A stretch of 63,536 nt of DNA, the filler included, from Ministeria vibrans ATCC 50519 (lineage: Eukaryota > Protista > Filasterea), in assembly GCA_943704425.1 (NCBI GenBank). It is 5 parts of 5 records of this genome, joined end to end, with 100 filler letters (N's around TTAATTAATTAA, not from the genome) between each part and the next. Parts side by side here need not be neighbours in the genome. Positions count along the whole stretch, not along the records: positions 29,226 to 58,881 come from CALSCP010001954.1; 4 more parts are not named here. One strand, 5' to 3'. Numbering within the stretch: position 1 is the first letter of the stretch; each line of letters opens with the position of its first letter. Under the pieces are notes generated by a model. That model searched no databases, was not told the origin of the DNA, and was given only the letters and a program-made list of their open reading frames with translations. The position numbers and the translations under genes were made by a program. Positions 29,414 to 56,879 of the stretch are shown in pieces.

Positions 29414-32400
29414 GGCAAACGCAGGCACTTCAGGTGCTCGTGAGTAGCGGAGCAGACGTAGGGCACACTCTTCCCGACGGTATGTTGCTGATTGCGGTGG
29501 TTTCTGCCACGTTGAGCGTTCAGTTTCTCTGACGTTTTTTGTTTATGATATCCTTTTCGTGCACCAAAAATTTTAAAGGTCGAAGTGCGCTGCACCTTGC
29601 GTGCGAGAGTGGCTCGATTGACGCAGTTGAGGTCCTCATCGAAGGCGGCATCGGTACGCCTTTGAGCATTGGTGTATTTCGATTGATCTCTCTCGTCTGA
29701 CACACACTCTTTTATCACTTTGTTGCTTCTCTCTCTCGTGATGTTGTAGCCATCGCGACGGAATCACACGATGGCGCCACGCCACTGTTCACCGCCACTC
29801 AATGTGGATTCGAGGCAGGTGTGCGTCGCTTGATCAAGGCCAAGGCTAACCCTAACGACGCGGTGACTGTACGCGGTGCGGGTGTCCGCACACCGCAGGC
29901 AGACTTGTTGCTGTCGCTCAGGGCAGTCGGAAAGGGTGTTGATGAGGCCGCGAGCAAAAGCGACACGACACAGCCCCTGTTTGTCGCGAGTGCACTTGGA
30001 TACGAAGGTGTTGTGCGTGCCCTCATTGACGGCGGCGCCAATGTCCAATACGAAGACAGCAACAAGCTGACGGCACTGTTCCTTGCGGCCGCCAACGGAC
30101 ACGGTTCCGTTGTGCAGGCACTCATCAAGCGTGGCGCCGGATTCAACATCACCATTGCCGGTGACATTACACCGCTTTACATTGCGGCGCGTAACGGTCA
30201 GATTGCGTCGCTGCAGGTCATCCTCGACACCAATTCCGCACTGGTGAACAAGCAGACGGACACGGGCGAGACGCCCGTCTACGCCGCAAGTGAACACGGG
30301 CACGAGGCCATTGTGCGCATTCTGTGCAACTACGATGCCATGACACACCTGCCCGTGGTGGGCGGTGCCACCGCCATGCACGCAGCCAGTCGAAATGGCC
30401 ATCTTCTTGTGGTGCAACATCTGGTCGCGGCCAAGGCTGATGTGAACGCGCGTCGCTTCGACGATGCCACACCACTGTACTGTGCCGCTGAAGGCGACCA
30501 CTATCGTGTTCTTGAGTTCCTGCTCAAACACGGCCACGCGGACCCAGCCAACACCATTGCGGGCGGTGCGTCACCGCTCTTTGTCGCCGCGTACAATGGC
30601 AACCTTGACGCTGTCAAGATTCTGCACCAGTACGGCGCCGACCTGTGCCAGGCCAAACCCACGGGCACCACACCACTGTTTGTGGCCGCTCAGAACAACC
30701 AGGACCATGTTGTCAAGTATCTCCTTGACAATGGCGTTGACATCAATGCGAAAACGTCGACGGGCGCCACTCCCTGCCACGTAGTCGCCGAGACGGGTGT
30801 TGTCGAGATGCTCCAAGGGCTCTTGAAGCTCGGAGCAGAAGTGCACGCCACGATGGAGCCGAACGGAACCACACCGCTGTTCCTGGCGGCACAGTACGGG
30901 CACAGCAAGATGATTCGTGCGCTGGTCAAGGCGGGAGCCCAAGTCAACTTTGCCAAGACAGATGTGAACACGACACCGTTGTACATTGCGTGTCAGAATG
31001 GACACATATCGGCCGCACGCGCGCTCATTGAGTTGGGGGCGGATGTGCGTGCGGCGTCCAAGACGGGCGCGACGCCACTGTATGTCGCCAGTCAGAATGG
31101 TCACATTGACTGTGTCGAGTTGCTTGTCAAGAAGGGTGCTGAGGTGAATAAGGCACTGTACACGACGGGTGCGACCGCCTTGTGCATTGCAGCGACCAAC
31201 GGCCGTCTCGACGTGTGTGAGTGTCTGATGGACTCGGGTGCAAACGTCGACGACGCAGCAAAGAATGGTGCGACGCCGCTGTTCCTGGCAGCGCGTCGGG
31301 GTCACCTGCAGCTGACGGCGCGACTTATCGAGAAGGGCGCCAACATCCACGTGTCCGTCTCGGGCGTGACGCCATTGATGGCTGCGGCGGGACGTGGCGA
31401 CGATCACATGGTGCTGAAGCTGTTGGAGCACGGAGCAAATCCGAACACGACGAGCGACAAGGGACTGACGCCGTTGTTTGCGGCGTCCTTCAAGGGGCGA
31501 CTGACCACCGTGCGGCTGTTGCTTGCAGCTGAGGCAGGTCTGGCCATTGCTGGTCCCGAGGGCGTCACGCCGCTGATGATTGCGTCGTTTGCGGGCCACA
31601 CAGATATTGTCGAGGCACTGTTGTTTGCGGGCGCTGACCCGAATCGCACAAGCAACCTCTCGCTGACGGCGTTGATTCTGGCGACGAAGAACAACCACAA
31701 GGATGTGGTGAAGCTGCTGCTGGAGTGTGGGGCAGAGCCGGAGGTGCGAGCGGCCGGGCGACGCAACAGCGTCAACGTCGCTAATGCGATGGGGTTCACT
31801 GAGCTGGCGGACATGCTGCGCGAGCGCATCATTGGCAAACGGCGCGAAGAGATGGCCGAGAAGAAGCGACAGCGTAAAGAGTCAGAGAGTGATGGAGAGA
31901 AACCCGGCTTCTTCCGCCGACGTTCCAGGCTGAGCAGTAGCGAAAGCGGCCCTCCGCCGTCACCGAGCTCGCTTATAGGATCGTCTCCACCGCGTCGCTT
32001 CACCTTCTTCAGCAACAGCCGTGCGAGGCAGAGCACAATGTCCATGCTAGGCAACGAGGCCGACTACGATACCAAGTCGATCCGCGAAGAGCCCACGGCA
32101 TTGCCAGGGGTGCAAGAAGACCCAGATGAGGAGGAGGAGGAGGAGATCCGACCGTACAAGGACACCCACGCCAAGGCTGAAGCCGAACCTCTTCAGTTCG
32201 GCGACGTTGAAGAAGAAGAGGAGGAGGAGTTTCCGCTGGTGGAAGGAGAGACTCGGGTTGTGCAGTCAGTGAAGGAAACGCCCACGGAATCGGCACCAGA
32301 GGCACAGGAGCTCAAGGACCATGACAAGGACAGTCTGGCGGGTGACGACGCAGCAGATGGTCCTCCGCCAATGGAACTTGAGGACGTCTTCGACGAGGAG

Positions 32401-32535
32401 ACGACGGAGGGAGATGCCCCTCCGCCAATGGAAGATGCCCCTCCGCCAATGGAAGATGCCCCTCCGCCAATGGAAGATGCCCCTCCGCCAATGGAAGATG
32501 TTGCTCCCCCAATGGAAGATGCCGATGATAATTGA
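29414..32535 (+). CDS. Large ankyrin-repeat protein (~20 repeats) with acidic C-terminal tail and PPPMEDA repeats; 5' end in gap
   Basis: Repeated GxTPLxxAA...GH..VV..LL..GA.VN motifs in the 904-aa ORF plus two small upstream exons. A 21-bp tandem repeat at ~32410-32520 encodes PPPMEDA. Confidence 0.9.
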
Positions 32536-32683
32536 GTGAGAGAAAAAAGAAAGGGTGTGTTTTTGATGACAAACGAAAGAGAATGATGTGTGTATGTGGG
32601 TGTGAGAGAGAAGGCAGGGAGGGAGAAAGAAACAAAGTGATAGAGAGAGAGAGAGAGAGTGTGTGTGTGTTTAAAGTACAAGT

Positions 32684-34264
32684 TTAATAAGTAGATAACT
32701 CGATGGCATTAACTGAGTTGTTCCACCGACCCGACTGGCGCACATTGTGAGCGGATGATTTCCAGTCCCATTGGCGGAGGACGGTGCGCCAGTGGGAACC
32801 GTAGTTGGCCTCGACGTGGCGGGTGGGCTGGCAGGGTACTGCGACGGGCACACTAAGCAGCTCAGCCTGACAGACTGTGTTGAAGTGTGGAAAATCATAG
32901 CGAAAGCGTTTGCGGGTGCGCACTTGTGTACCGCCATTCCAGAGAACCTTTCCTCCTTTTTCTCCTTCTTTTGCTGCTGCCGTGTCGTTGTCCATTGGTG
33001 TGGTGGTCGTTGGGTCGGAGTAGAAGAAGAACACGTCTAGTTTGATTCCGGTTGCTATGTGTCGCCAGGAGAGCTCAAGACCCCACTCGACAGTGCCCAG
33101 GCGATGCTCAAAAGTAAAGTCGCCGTTCGTCGCACCGAGTGTGTTTCGGATGGATTCAACGAGTCGCGTTGCAGCACGTACCCAGCGCTTTGTGTTGTTG
33201 ACGTTGTCGTGGTGGTGGCGGTGGTGGAGTGGGGGCATGAGCACGCCAATGTCGACGTCGAGACCGTGCTCAAACACATCGCACTGACGCAACCAGCCAA
33301 GGAGTGTGCCTGAGTTGAGGAACCACTGGACATGTTCTGTTTCAACAAGGGCCCTTAGAGCACGTTGGGTGGAGCGCAACACTTGGCGTGCACCGTCGGC
33401 AAAGCGACGTGACTGCTTCTGACCGTGTTCGAGCCGAAACGCCCGCACCTGAGTTTGGTTGCAAGGGATAAAGCGCGCGTGTGCCGGTAGGGACTCAAGG
33501 CTCCGCGTTTTAAGGGTCACAAGCCGTCGCTCTATTCTGTATGGTGTCAGATAGACCTGGTGGGCATTTAAAGATGGGCTGCTCTCGAGTGCCACGTCCC
33601 GGAGCGGCACTCGTGCCATGGCAGTCTGGAGGTTGCGCACTTCTGTGCCCCCAAGCACAAATGCCCGGTAGTGATGCCCCAACGCACATTCGTGAAGTAC
33701 ACTCACTGCAAGCGACGTGCCGTCAGCGCCACGCAGGTACACTCCCAGAAAGGGCAGACGGTTCAATGCGGCGTAGTCGACGAGCGAGTCGTCTTCACCC
33801 TCCTCAGTACCGTCGTCTACGTGCGCACGGTCTTCAGCATTGACAAGAACAAGCTTGCCAGTCGCCGGAGAGGACTGCTGTGCAAGCGTCGTCAGCCAGT
33901 GCCACTCGTCGGCGACAGTCCACGACGGAGTGCCGAGGATCAGCAGACAAAGGCCAGTCTGACACAGATTGGCGCAATCAGTGCCAAGTTTGTTCGCAAT
34001 GTCTTCCGCTGTCATTCGTCCAAAATGCCGTGCCAGCACCAGGCTCAGGGGGCCTCCGTTGCTGTTGTTCACGCCGATAAATGGCCAAGGGAGTGTGGCG
34101 GTGCACTCGTCGAGGGTCATCGATGAAAGATCGTCTCTCACCGCCGCTGTATTCGACACGCGATCGTCTAGTCGCAGCAAGGCAACGGCCACGGCAAATA
34201 CAATCACCAGCAGGGCCGATGAAGGCATTGCTTGAGTTTTTTTTGTGAACGAGTCGATACTCAT
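32684..34264 (-). CDS. FKTN: Fukutin homologue (LicD-family ribitol-phosphate transferase), intronless, type II membrane anchor
   Basis: WFLNSGTLLGWLRQC, DVDIG (DxD motif), HRLGTVEWGLELSW, IKLDVFFFY, LWNGGTQVRTRKRFRYDFP, VPC...VEANYG..W....QWDWKSSAHNV...GRW closely follow human fukutin. N-terminal hydrophobic anchor ALLVIVFAVAVALL. Confidence 0.88.
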   Translation of the reverse strand: MSIDSFTKKTQAMPSSALLVIVFAVAVALLRLDDRVSNTAAVRDDLSSMTLDECTATLPWPFIGVNNSNGGPLSLVLARHFGRMTAEDIANKLGTDCANLCQTGLCLLILGTPSWTVADEWHWLTTLAQQSSPATGKLVLVNAEDRAHVDDGTEEGEDDSLVDYAALNRLPFLGVYLRGADGTSLAVSVLHECALGHHYRAFVLGGTEVRNLQTAMARVPLRDVALESSPSLNAHQVYLTPYRIERRLVTLKTRSLESLPAHARFIPCNQTQVRAFRLEHGQKQSRRFADGARQVLRSTQRALRALVETEHVQWFLNSGTLLGWLRQCDVFEHGLDVDIGVLMPPLHHRHHHDNVNNTKRWVRAATRLVESIRNTLGATNGDFTFEHRLGTVEWGLELSWRHIATGIKLDVFFFYSDPTTTTPMDNDTAAAKEGEKGGKVLWNGGTQVRTRKRFRYDFPHFNTVCQAELLSVPVAVPCQPTRHVEANYGSHWRTVLRQWDWKSSAHNVRQSGRWNNSVNAIELSTY

Positions 34265-34501
34265 AACTCAATGGGTCAAATGAGAATTGAGAATTGTGAG
34301 ATTTAATTTTTCGAGTCCAAACTCAACGACTCGATGAGTTTTCGTAGGCAGTACTGAGTATACTCCTGTAAATTGTGATGAAAAACATATTAATATAGGA
34401 GCTGAAAGAAGATCAGTAGAGCAAAATTGGAGAAAGTGAAAGGATCAAATGACTCAATCATCAATGAGCAGTTTCAAGTTTGATCAATTTTTTCTACAGG
34501 C

Positions 34502-34824
34502 ATGTCCCGCCTCACAGCCTTCGTGCTTCGCCGCTTATCGTCGGCGGCGCGTCCATTATGGACGGCGTACCGATCGAGCAGCGGGGGGCCGACGGCGGGG
34601 CCGTGGAACACCGTCTCAAACCAGACACGGCGAGGCATCCCCGCACGGCTCACCAACGCCCTCGCGAACACCTACGCCAAGCCGACGCCGATCCAAAGCA
34701 TGGCCCTACCCGCGGTATGCTCGGGCGAAAGCGCCGTCATCCTCTCCGAGACGGGATCAGGCAAAACACTCTGTACGTTTCTTTTTTTTTTTTTTTTTTT
34801 TTTCTCGTGTCGTCCACGCTGCAC

Positions 34825-34889
<65 letters not shown>

Positions 34890-36031
34890 CTCACCCGCCT
34901 TGCCTTCCCCCCCACCCCTCCGCCTTGCCTTCCCCAGGCTACCTGCTTCCCATTGTCAACGGGCTGGTCAACCGCACGTACAGCGCGACGTCGGCAGCGC
35001 AAGTGCTCGTGCTGACGCGCACTGCCGAGCTGGTTCACCAGACGGCGAACATGCTGGCGGATCTCATTGAGCAGGTCCTGCCCCGCACCGTCGTGCAGCC
35101 GTCCACCAGCGCCTACCCCGTCGACGTGCTTACTGATCCCAGCCTCATGGCCTCCATGCGCTACCTGCGCTGCCCTCAGATTGCTGTGGCGCTTCCACGC
35201 GTCTCTGTCGTGAGCGCCTCCTCCAAAGCAAACGTTATTATCGCCACGCCGGGCGCCCTCGCCAACCTAGACCTCCGGAAGGTGCTCCACGCCAACATCC
35301 GCCTGATTGCCATCGACGAGTTTGACGAGTCCTTTGGCGATTCGTCGTGGAGGTCCATGAGCAAAATCCTCGAGAAAGTCATCGGCCGACCGCTTCCCCT
35401 CGAACCGGCTGCCGACTACTTCGAATCCGTTGCGCGTCACCAGTGGATCTTCACTGGTGCCACTTTACGTGGCATGGAGCTAGAGGGGAGGAAGGGCGCG
35501 GTCAGCCGCCTCCACCGCTTGTTTCCGCGCAAGCATGACGCCCTTGACACCCCCAACCCCAACCCCAACCCCAGCACCACTCTACAGACACACGATCAAC
35601 AGGAACAACACGAACAATCACAACCAAGCGATACCAAAGGCGGCGTTTGTCGCTGGTTCGTCTCTCACCACCACCATAAACAGCGTCCCGAGCTCAAGCG
35701 CAACATCATTCGCCTCCACGACAACAAGTCCCTGGGCGAGAACAAATTTCAAACGCTTGTGCGTCTACTGCAGCGCGACTACCCCACCAAACCCGCACCG
35801 GGTGATCGCACCGTCTCGCAGACGCTTATCTTCACCAACACAAACACATCGGCAAAGAAACTCTACGACATGCTCCTCGCACACCCACACGCTCACGACC
35901 TCCCTTCAATCGGTGTTGTGGCCAAGGTCAACGAAGCGTCGGCGTCCACTGAGGCGAGCAAGCGTCGCACACTGTCATATGCTCAGTTTGCTCAAGGTAC
36001 ACACACGCACATATATATATAATATAATGCA

Positions 36032-36106
<75 letters not shown>

Positions 36107-38091
36107 AAATTTGTATTTATGATATCGATAGCGTGTCCTCGCGCTCTCAACATTCCGTAGCACTCAATGATTGTTGTTACATCTGTTAGGAATCCTTCAT
36201 GTGTGTGTTACGAGTGGCGCAATGGGTCGTGGCAATGACCTGCGTAACGTGGGCCATGTCATCCTCTACGATTTCCCCACCGATGCTGTTAGCTACCTTC
36301 ACCGCATTGGCCGCACAGCCCGTGCCGGAGACTCCGGTCGTTGTAAGTCTCTCTCTCTCTCTCTATTACTTTGTTTTTCTTCATCACTTTGTTTTCATCA
36401 CTTTGTTTTCTCTCTATCACTTGTTTCTTCTCCCTTGACTCTCTATCCTTTCTTCTCCTCTTTCTCTTTACTTTTCTCATCCTATTATTTTGTTTGTCTC
36501 TGTAGTAACTTGCTTTGTGACACCGCGGGACGATTTGCTTCTGAAAGCGATTGATGTACACCAGACATACACTCCAGGAGACTGAATTTTCCCCCACCCT
36601 TCTCAATTTCTCTCTCTCTTGTTTTTTTTTCTTCTTTTTTCTCTTTTGTTCCCTCTTTCTTCGTGTATGTGTGCTTAGGAGATGGTGCAGAAGCATAAGG
36701 ACAGTGATATAATGGATTTGATGGCATATGCGAAAGGGGTGGTTCGAGAGGGGAAGGAGCCAAGAGCAAGAAGAGAGCGGTTGAGTGAAGCCAAGGTGGA
36801 GCGGAAAAGTGGAAGGAAGGTGGAGCGTATGGATGGGGAGAAGGAAAAGGGGAAGGGTGGAAGGAAGGCAGAGGATGAAAAGGAAGAGGGAAAGGATGGA
36901 AGGAAGGCGGAGGGGAAGGATGGAAGGAAGAGAGAGGGGAAGGATGGAAGGAAGGCGGAGGGGAAGGATGGAAGGAAGGCGGAGGATGAGAAGAAGAGCA
37001 AAGCAGTGGGGCTGAGACGTAGGGACAGGAAGGGGGCAGGGAAGCCGAAGGAGAGTGTGGAAAAGGATGTGAAGGCTGTCGCCGCAGGCGATAGTCGTTT
37101 TAGTGTTACTGCAAAGCATAATTCTGTGCCGAATTGGGTACAGCCGCTGATGGGACGCCCCAGGAGTATCGCGCGTGCGACTTGCAAAGCTACCATTCTT
37201 GATGCCTTCGAACTGCAAAATCGAATGATGGATAGTGTGGAGAAGTGGGACCCGACACTTGACCAGGATTGCCCGCGGTTTTTCACCACCAAGTCACATG
37301 AGGTGCCGTACAGCAAGGAGGTGTGCCCACCCACGACCCCCGGCGCCTCAGGATTTCCGCCCATCACACACGTGCGGCTCCCAGACATCGTCTCAGCGAA
37401 TGTGCTCGACTGTGATTCCGGTCTCGCCATGCCGTTTGGGGCAGATTGCTTTGCTGAGGAGAAGCCGTGGCCCGAGGCTGACATCCTCACGGACGTCAAG
37501 GCTGCGTTTGAGTACGTTGGTCCTAAGCGCTTTGAACTCGCGGCACTGAGCCCGTCTGGGGTGCCTTGGACCAAAGAGGCGATCCTGGCGCTGTGGAAGG
37601 CGGATGTGCGGGCGATCAAGAGCTTGAAAAAGAAGGAGAGGAAGAGGAGGAGGAAGATGAAGGCGCAGGCGAAGAAGGCGGTTGTGGAGAAGGATATTGA
37701 TGTTGGAAATGAAGATGGAGGGCAACCCCGGTCTCTGCGTGAGTTGTGGAGGGCCACTGACCGACTGACAGGCGAGGAAGATTTCCAGCTGGTCGACGAT
37801 GAGGAGATGGAACAGGAAGGTGTCGAAATGTACCTTCAAGTGGAAAAACTGGGCGAAGAACGAAGAGACGAAGGAGAGCAACGAGAAGAAGAAAAGTACC
37901 AGCAACTAGAAAAAATGGAAGAATTCGACGACATGAAATGGCTAAAAGACGACAAAGTGGATGTTTATGAGGATAATGAATTTGTTGTGGACGAAGAAGA
38001 GACAGGAGAGGAAGAAGAAGAGGAAAATGAGCGCGAGGACGAAGAGGACAGGGAGGAAGAAGAAGTTGAACAGGAAGACACCGGCCAGTGA
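34502..38091 (+). CDS. DEAD-box RNA helicase (DDX28-like, possible mitochondrial presequence) with long charged C-terminal extension; multi-exon
   Basis: Q motif PTPIQSMALP, SETGSGKT, IATPG, DEFD, MGRGND, YLHRIGRTARAG. An Arg/Ser-rich N-terminus. Exons ~36506-36556 and ~36679-38091 splice in frame to a K/E-rich tail containing GRKAEGKD repeats. Confidence 0.8.
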
Positions 38092-38260
38092 GAGCAACAG
38101 CAACACCGACAAGAACGACGATAAGCAGCACCTTTACGACTAACACTTGCTACTACTACACACAGTGTCACATAATTCTTTTGTATGAAAACAATGTAAA
38201 GAAAATCTCTCATTATAGTACTGTACACTCACTAAAAACTCACCACTCACTCGAATCTCT

Positions 38261-52479
<14,219 letters not shown>

Positions 52480-52991
52480 GTCAGAGTTGAGGTGCAGCAG
52501 ACCGACTACGAAGTGCCACAGAACGAGTGATAAAAATTTGAAAATTGAAATTTTAAAAAGAAATTACACGAATGAATGATTGACACATGATTGACAGTGA
52601 GTTGACAGTTGACACAGAAGTTATAATGATAATTCGACGCTGTGCTGCCGTTGTTAAAAGGATTTAAAAGGCCTTACTACACGAGGGAGGCCGGAGGGGT
52701 GACGACACTGACAGTGACGAATGGTATTCATACTCTCTATTGAAAGAGGATTTGTGTCTGTCGATTCTGTTCAAACTTCAATTAGAATTTAGAGATATGT
52801 TTTACAATAGTGCTCCATTTCATTCTTCTTAGTTCTTGGGGCTAGCCTATGGCGAAAGCATTGTATAGCTGTATTACTCTTTAATGTATTGCACATGTAT
52901 TATCATATTTCATCTCTATAAAATAATTTCAATTTAATTTTCCAACTTTCACTTTCCCAGTTTCGCTTTCTTTACTGTGTCTGTGTGTGCT

Positions 52992-55508
52992 ATGGAGATA
53001 TGCGGCTGTTTCTTTGCTGAATTTGATCCTATCGTTGGACCCAAGATCAGCCATGTTGTAAGGGTTGCTTTGAAGTCTCTTACGCATTGCTCATCTCTCC
53101 TCTTTGTATCTTTGTGCAGAGTCCCGAGCACGCACTGCCCGCCGAGGTGTTTGACTCTATATCGGACTATATCATCCCCAAGCCGCAGTTGTGTGGGAAG
53201 GCGTTGTCAGTGTACGTTTGTGTGTGTTTGGTGTGTGTGTGTGTGTGTGTTTGTGTTGTACTTTCCGATTGAGACTCGAAATTGTGCTCATTGAACGAGT
53301 TTGTGGGGGGTTGTTGCGTCTGTACGGATGTATGGGGCAGCAGCAGGCAGTGGTGTGTGGCGGCAGTTGAGAGTCTCACTGCCTTGTGTGTTTCTTCGTT
53401 GTGTTTCAGACGAGCCTTTGGCCGATGTCTTTTGGGCTTTCCCAGTCTGATTCCCGGCCCGAAGTACTCGCGAAATGCGCTTCAATTCAACCTTGGGCTG
53501 ATCATCAAGAACTCCAACGCGGACGAGTTTGCTTCGGACCACACAACGGATCTGTTGGACTCGTTTGAGCCGATTGTGCGCAAAGTCGCTCGCTATCTCA
53601 CCACTCTTGAGGTAGTCGTTGCATTTTTCAACAATTCGTCGTCTCATCTAGTCTTTCTTCTTCTTCTTCTTCTTCTTCTTCTTCTTCTTCTTCTTCTTCT
53701 TCTTCTTCTTCTTCTTCTTCTTCTTCTTCTTCTTCTTCTTCTTCTTCTTCTTCTTCTTCTTCTTTTTCTTCTTCTTCTTCTTTTTCTTGTTGTTGTTGTT
53801 CTTCTTCTTCTTCTACATTAGGTGGAAGATGAGTTTCTGTTTAGAGAAGACACGAAGAAAATGATGAAGGTAAAGCAAAAAGAATGGTTGACAGTTTTAA
53901 CTTTGTGCGTGGGTGTGTGTGTTGTGTGCATGTGTTGTGGGATAGAATGTTGTCAAAGAGCTTTTTGAGGGTCTCTCATCGCAAGGAGAGTGTAAAATTC
54001 AAATGAGTAAGAAAACAAACAAACAGAGAGGGGGACAGCAAAACACAGCGATACTTTATTATAAAATATAATAGTAAAATTAATAATAAAAATAATAATT
54101 ATTATTATTATTAATGTTTTGTGTATTGTGTATGTATGTGTGTTTTAGACGATGTGACAACAATGCACTTGAAGATTTTTCCGTCTTTGCCGAACCCACC
54201 GAATATTCCAGAGTATATGGTACGATGTGATGCGAGTCATCTGTAGTTTCGCTTACAATGAATAATACTTGTCTTTGTGGCACTCTTTGTGTTTTAGGTC
54301 CCTCTTTTGTTAGTGGACCTTTCCACGTACCCGACTGATTCGTGGGATTTGACTCTTCAACAGGTCAGTTGATCATTGGATTAACCACTCTCTCAACAAC
54401 AGCCCGAATCTTAGCCGCAACCCTAACCCTAACCCGACCCCTCACTCTAACACCCCAACGTCACCTGCAGATCATTCCCTTTCTTAATGGAGTGTACCAC
54501 GTCAAGCGTATTGCAAGTGAGTCACAAGTGCGTCTTTCCCTCGTCACAAAGTGTCTTCAACATTTGCTCTACTTTCGCGCAATCACTCTCGTCGATATCT
54601 TTCAAGTATATACAAGAGAGAGAGAATCAAGTTATTTGTATTTTTTCTTCTCACATTCTTGATTGTGTAGTTTTGTAATGTTTATGTTACCACTTCTCTT
54701 TTCACCGATTTACTTTCGGGTCGTTCGGGTCTCGAATCCGAATGCGTTGAATTTGTCAAACGCTCAGGTAAAGTATTACAAGAAACAAGACCAAAGAACT
54801 TATTATTTTGTTTTAGATATTCGAGCTTGTCCGTTGTTTGAAGTGTGCTGTGCGTTGTATGCACAGCTGACAGCCGGACTGGTTTATTCGGACTTTTGTC
54901 GGGCCAATGCAATGTGGCTTGCGAACAACAATATCGACGAAAGGTTCCGTATTGATTGATTTCGATTGGTATTTTTGATTGAATTTATCGACTTTTTTGT
55001 TGTTGTTGTTGTGTAGGAGATTTGTTCAATACGGAATGGCTCGCGGGTTTATTCGCTGTCGAAGAGTAAGTGGACCCTATTTTATAACGTAATAATAATA
55101 ATTATTTGTTTTTAAGAATTACCCATTGCGAGTGGTTCCCCCGAGAGCGGCAAAGGATGCGCCGTATCTCCCTCCACAAATTGTCAAGTGAGAAGAAAAG
55201 AGATATACATAAATGTTTTCATTCTTATTCTCATTCTCATTCTTATTCTTATTCTTATTCTCATTCTAATTCTCATTCTCATTCTCATTCTCATTCTCAT
55301 TCTCATTCTTATTCTCATTCTCATTCTCATTCTCATTCTCATTCTCATTCTCATTCTCATTCTCATCCTCATTCTCATTCTCATTCTCTCTAGGTTGTTG
55401 GACGGTGGGCATTGCTATGCCGCCATTTGCTGTGAGATTGGGGCGCATGAGTCGGAGCTGATGGATTTGCTTGAGGCGGATCCTTTCACTGTGACCCTCA
55501 AGAAGTGA
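52992..55508 (+). CDS. NPRL2: NPRL2 (GATOR1 subunit), many short exons
   Basis: MEICGCFFAEFDPIVGPKI, VFDSISDYIIPKPQLC, KYSRNALQFNLG, EPIVRKVARYLTTLE|VEDEFL, WDLTLQQ|IIPFLNGVYHVKRIA, LVDIFQ, LLDGGHCYAAICCEIG. Confidence 0.92.
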
Positions 55509-55775
55509 AGGAAGCCAGTTTGTTCGTTGGGCGGTGCGTTGAGCCGCTGATCGAATGTACAAAAATATTTTGTAGTAAAGATGAAAATAATTATAATAAC
55601 ATAAAAAATAGAATCAAAAAGAACATGGAGAAGATATAATAGAAAAAGGTAATAATTAATAAGAATTAATTATTATCAAAAATTATATAATAAAATTAAT
55701 ATTATTATAGTTATTATTGTCACACTTAAGAGTATAAACAGTCAGCAACTCACTTAATCTTTCGTTCTTCTCGGC

Positions 55776-56116
55776 ATGACTGAGAGCTGTCGCCACGTAC
55801 GACGGCTTCAGGTCGACTGGAACTCTATACTGGATCCCTCTCGATGGTCGTGCATAGAGTGCGGTGATACGTCCTCGGTGTGGGTAAGGAGAGCACTTCA
55901 GTTACTGCTGATCACATTTTGAATTTTCTCAGTGTGCACTGATTCTCTCTCTGTCTCTCTCTCTCTTTCTCTCTCTCTGTCTGTCTGTCTGTCTCTGCCG
56001 TCTCTTGTTCCTCTGCAGGCGTGTCTTCAGTGCAATCACATTGGGTGTGGAAGGTACAGATCGGATGTGTCTTCTCTTGTCGTTTCTGTTCGTTTCAAGT
56101 TTGTGAAACGAAACGG

Positions 56117-56150
<34 letters not shown>

Positions 56151-56834
56151 CGTTTCAAAACCAACACCAACAAAACACTCAATGCCTTGTTATGCGTCTT
56201 GCAGAGAGTCCGAGCAGCACGCTGTGGAGCACAACGGGGCATCCAACCACCCCCTGGTGTTCGACATCAACCACAGATCGCTCTTTTGCTATCGGTGCGA
56301 TCAGTATGTCCTGAACGACAATTCAGACAGAGTGGTTGCCAAGTTACGCTCGTCCTTTGAGAAGGTCCAGTCGCAGGTATGTTTGCGGGTGTGCTGGCGT
56401 CGTCGTGTCGCGTTAGGGCTTGGTCTCATGTGTTTTGTTTGTATGCACAATCGTAATAGCGGTTTGAGGATGAAGAAGAGATTCATGTGCGAACGACGCG
56501 ACGCCGTATCCGAACACGCTCCGAGTCGGCTCGAATGGCAGAAGAAGAAGAAGAGGAGGATGAGGATGATGATGAGGAGGAGGGTGATGGAAAAGAAGAA
56601 GAAGGTGGAGAGGAGGAGGAGAAAGAGGAAGCTGCAGTGATAGTGGGCGACCAAGACGAACCGAGTGAGACGTCAAGTGCAAAGTTGATTAGCCGAATGG
56701 AAAAGCGAGCCAAGGCACTGACATTTACATCGATCCATCATGAAAAGAAACGCAAACGACGCACGTCGGTCAAAGTGAAAACAGCGCGATCAACGACAAA
56801 AGCAAAGAGAGGGAAGCCGGAGGACGATGACGAC

Positions 56835-56879
<45 letters not shown>

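Noticed and set aside
54419-54437. ccctaaccctaaccc telomere-like repeat
   Set aside because: Only about two and a half units within an NPRL2 intron; too short to call an interstitial telomere.
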